Assembly: GCF_006345805.1 (NCBI RefSeq)
Contig: NC_042997.1
Span: forward strand, 163,370,001 to 163,434,000
Reading direction: 5' to 3'
Length of the DNA: 64,000 bases
From: Octopus sinensis
Lineage: Eukaryota
Shown here piece by piece: positions 62,613-64,000 of the stretch; the first letter of the stretch is position 1, and each line of letters starts with the position of its first letter. Both the position numbers and the translations under genes were made by a program. The notes beneath the pieces are model-generated. The model did not search any database, was not told the origin of the DNA, and saw nothing but the letters and a program-made list of their open reading frames with translations.

Positions 62613-62772
62613 AAATTTCCTACAAATAACTTTCAGATGGACTAGATTACAGTTATATCGAAATTTAAGTTGGCAAAAAAAACAAAAAAAAAAAACAACC
62701 ATTATCGGGAACGTACACAAACAAACATACTGACTCGCATCAAAATTTTTTCGAAATCTCAAGTTTCATTTT

Positions 62773-62967
<195 letters not shown>

Positions 62968-63019
62968 TGATATATATCTGTATGTATATTACGCGGCCAC
63001 CAATATTTTAACCGCATTA

Positions 63020-63216
63020 AGGCGGCGAGCTAGCAGAAACGTTAGCATGCCGGGCGAATCTTCTGTCTTTATGTTCTGAGTTCAAATTTCGGCGAGGTCG
63101 ACTTTGCCTGCCATCCTTTCGGGGTCGATAAATTAAGTACCAGTTGCGTACTGGAGTCGATCTAATCGACTGACCTCCTCTACCAAAATTTCGGGCCTTG
63201 TGCCTAGAGTAGAAAA
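63020..63216 (+). mobile_element. Family A SINE, CpG-intact
   Basis: GGCGGCGAGCTAGCAGAAACG...TCGGGCCTTGTGCCTAGAGTAGAAAAGGAT. Confidence 0.85.
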
Positions 63217-64000
63217 GGATATTTTTCCGCATTAAATTCCCTTATAATTGTAATATAGACCTCTGAAAGGTACTTGTTGAAAATTTCATTATAAAATATC
63301 CTTTTTTTCTGAAAGTTTTGAGGAAACAAAGTCGACTCGTGTGAATTATCCGAAACTCTCCCTACGCCCGCCCTAAAAAAGAAATTTTCACTAATCAGAA
63401 TCTACACCACCTGAAAGGCATCTGTAGAAACTTTTATTAAAAGATATGAGTAAATAAAGTGGGGAAGGGGACACATTTGTGTATGTATACCTTACTTTCA
63501 TCCCTTTCAATTCTCCGTTAGAATATGTACCAGCTGGGATTTAACCACAGGTCAGCTTCACCAAGCAGGCTTAAGATCAAAATTTAACCGTAACTATTCC
63601 GCCAGTCTCATTTTTACCGATTCTGTGTATCCAGAAATACATCATTAAATATGTGATTTGAGGTAAATTTAGCTACCTTCTCTATAGGTCGAACGACTCC
63701 GAAGATGCTCTCTGATTGTACCGACATTACACCGAGATCAAGATTATATCCCTAAAAACCGACTTTGTATATAATCAGAAATAGTCAACAACAAATAGAA
63801 GTGCGCAAAAAGATAAAATTGCGTGGTTGTTCTGTAAAAGCAGTTAAAAACATAAACAAGATACTAAATAAACATAATATACTTTGGCTAGGCTTGCCAA
63901 TCTGACAGTTCACTGTGAAGCTATCTTTATACTTATAAACATTCTACGAAATCCACAAATTAGAAAACTTTAATGTATTGTTAGATAATAGTTTGCGTGA

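Overview
This is AT-rich animal genomic DNA, not prokaryotic. The repeat families look like those of Octopus/cephalopods, which is recognition from memory and not a database result. Most of the window is degraded transposable elements and microsatellites. These include several tRNA-derived SINE families (two with CORE-like and one with V-like central domains), many 5'-truncated RTE LINE 3' ends whose 3' UTR carries a variable 60-66 nt tandem array, and fragments of CR1, RTEX, R4/Dong-like and HERO-like retrotransposons. DNA transposons include mariner relics, a full-length Tc1-type copy with DD36E spacing, a Merlin/ISXO2-like fragment, hAT and piggyBac-like MITEs, a decayed autonomous Helitron (Rep plus PIF1 helicase) and non-autonomous Helitrons, three of them head-to-tail. 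No intact gene, tRNA, rRNA or CRISPR array is supported, and almost all ORF-track ORFs are artefacts of repeats. A few small minus-strand segments with good splice signals (best: 37134-37262 and 33105-33161) suggest an unidentified long-intron host gene crossing the CpG-poor 26-62 kb region. The most unusual object is a ~765 bp HERO-derived insert at 24328-25092, with 102 bp inverted ends, an internal E-box/TATA/Inr cassette and clustered CTGATGA motifs. Several long fold-back palindromes are also notable. Coordinates of degraded repeats are approximate to tens of bases, and all family assignments come from manual translation and motif recognition.
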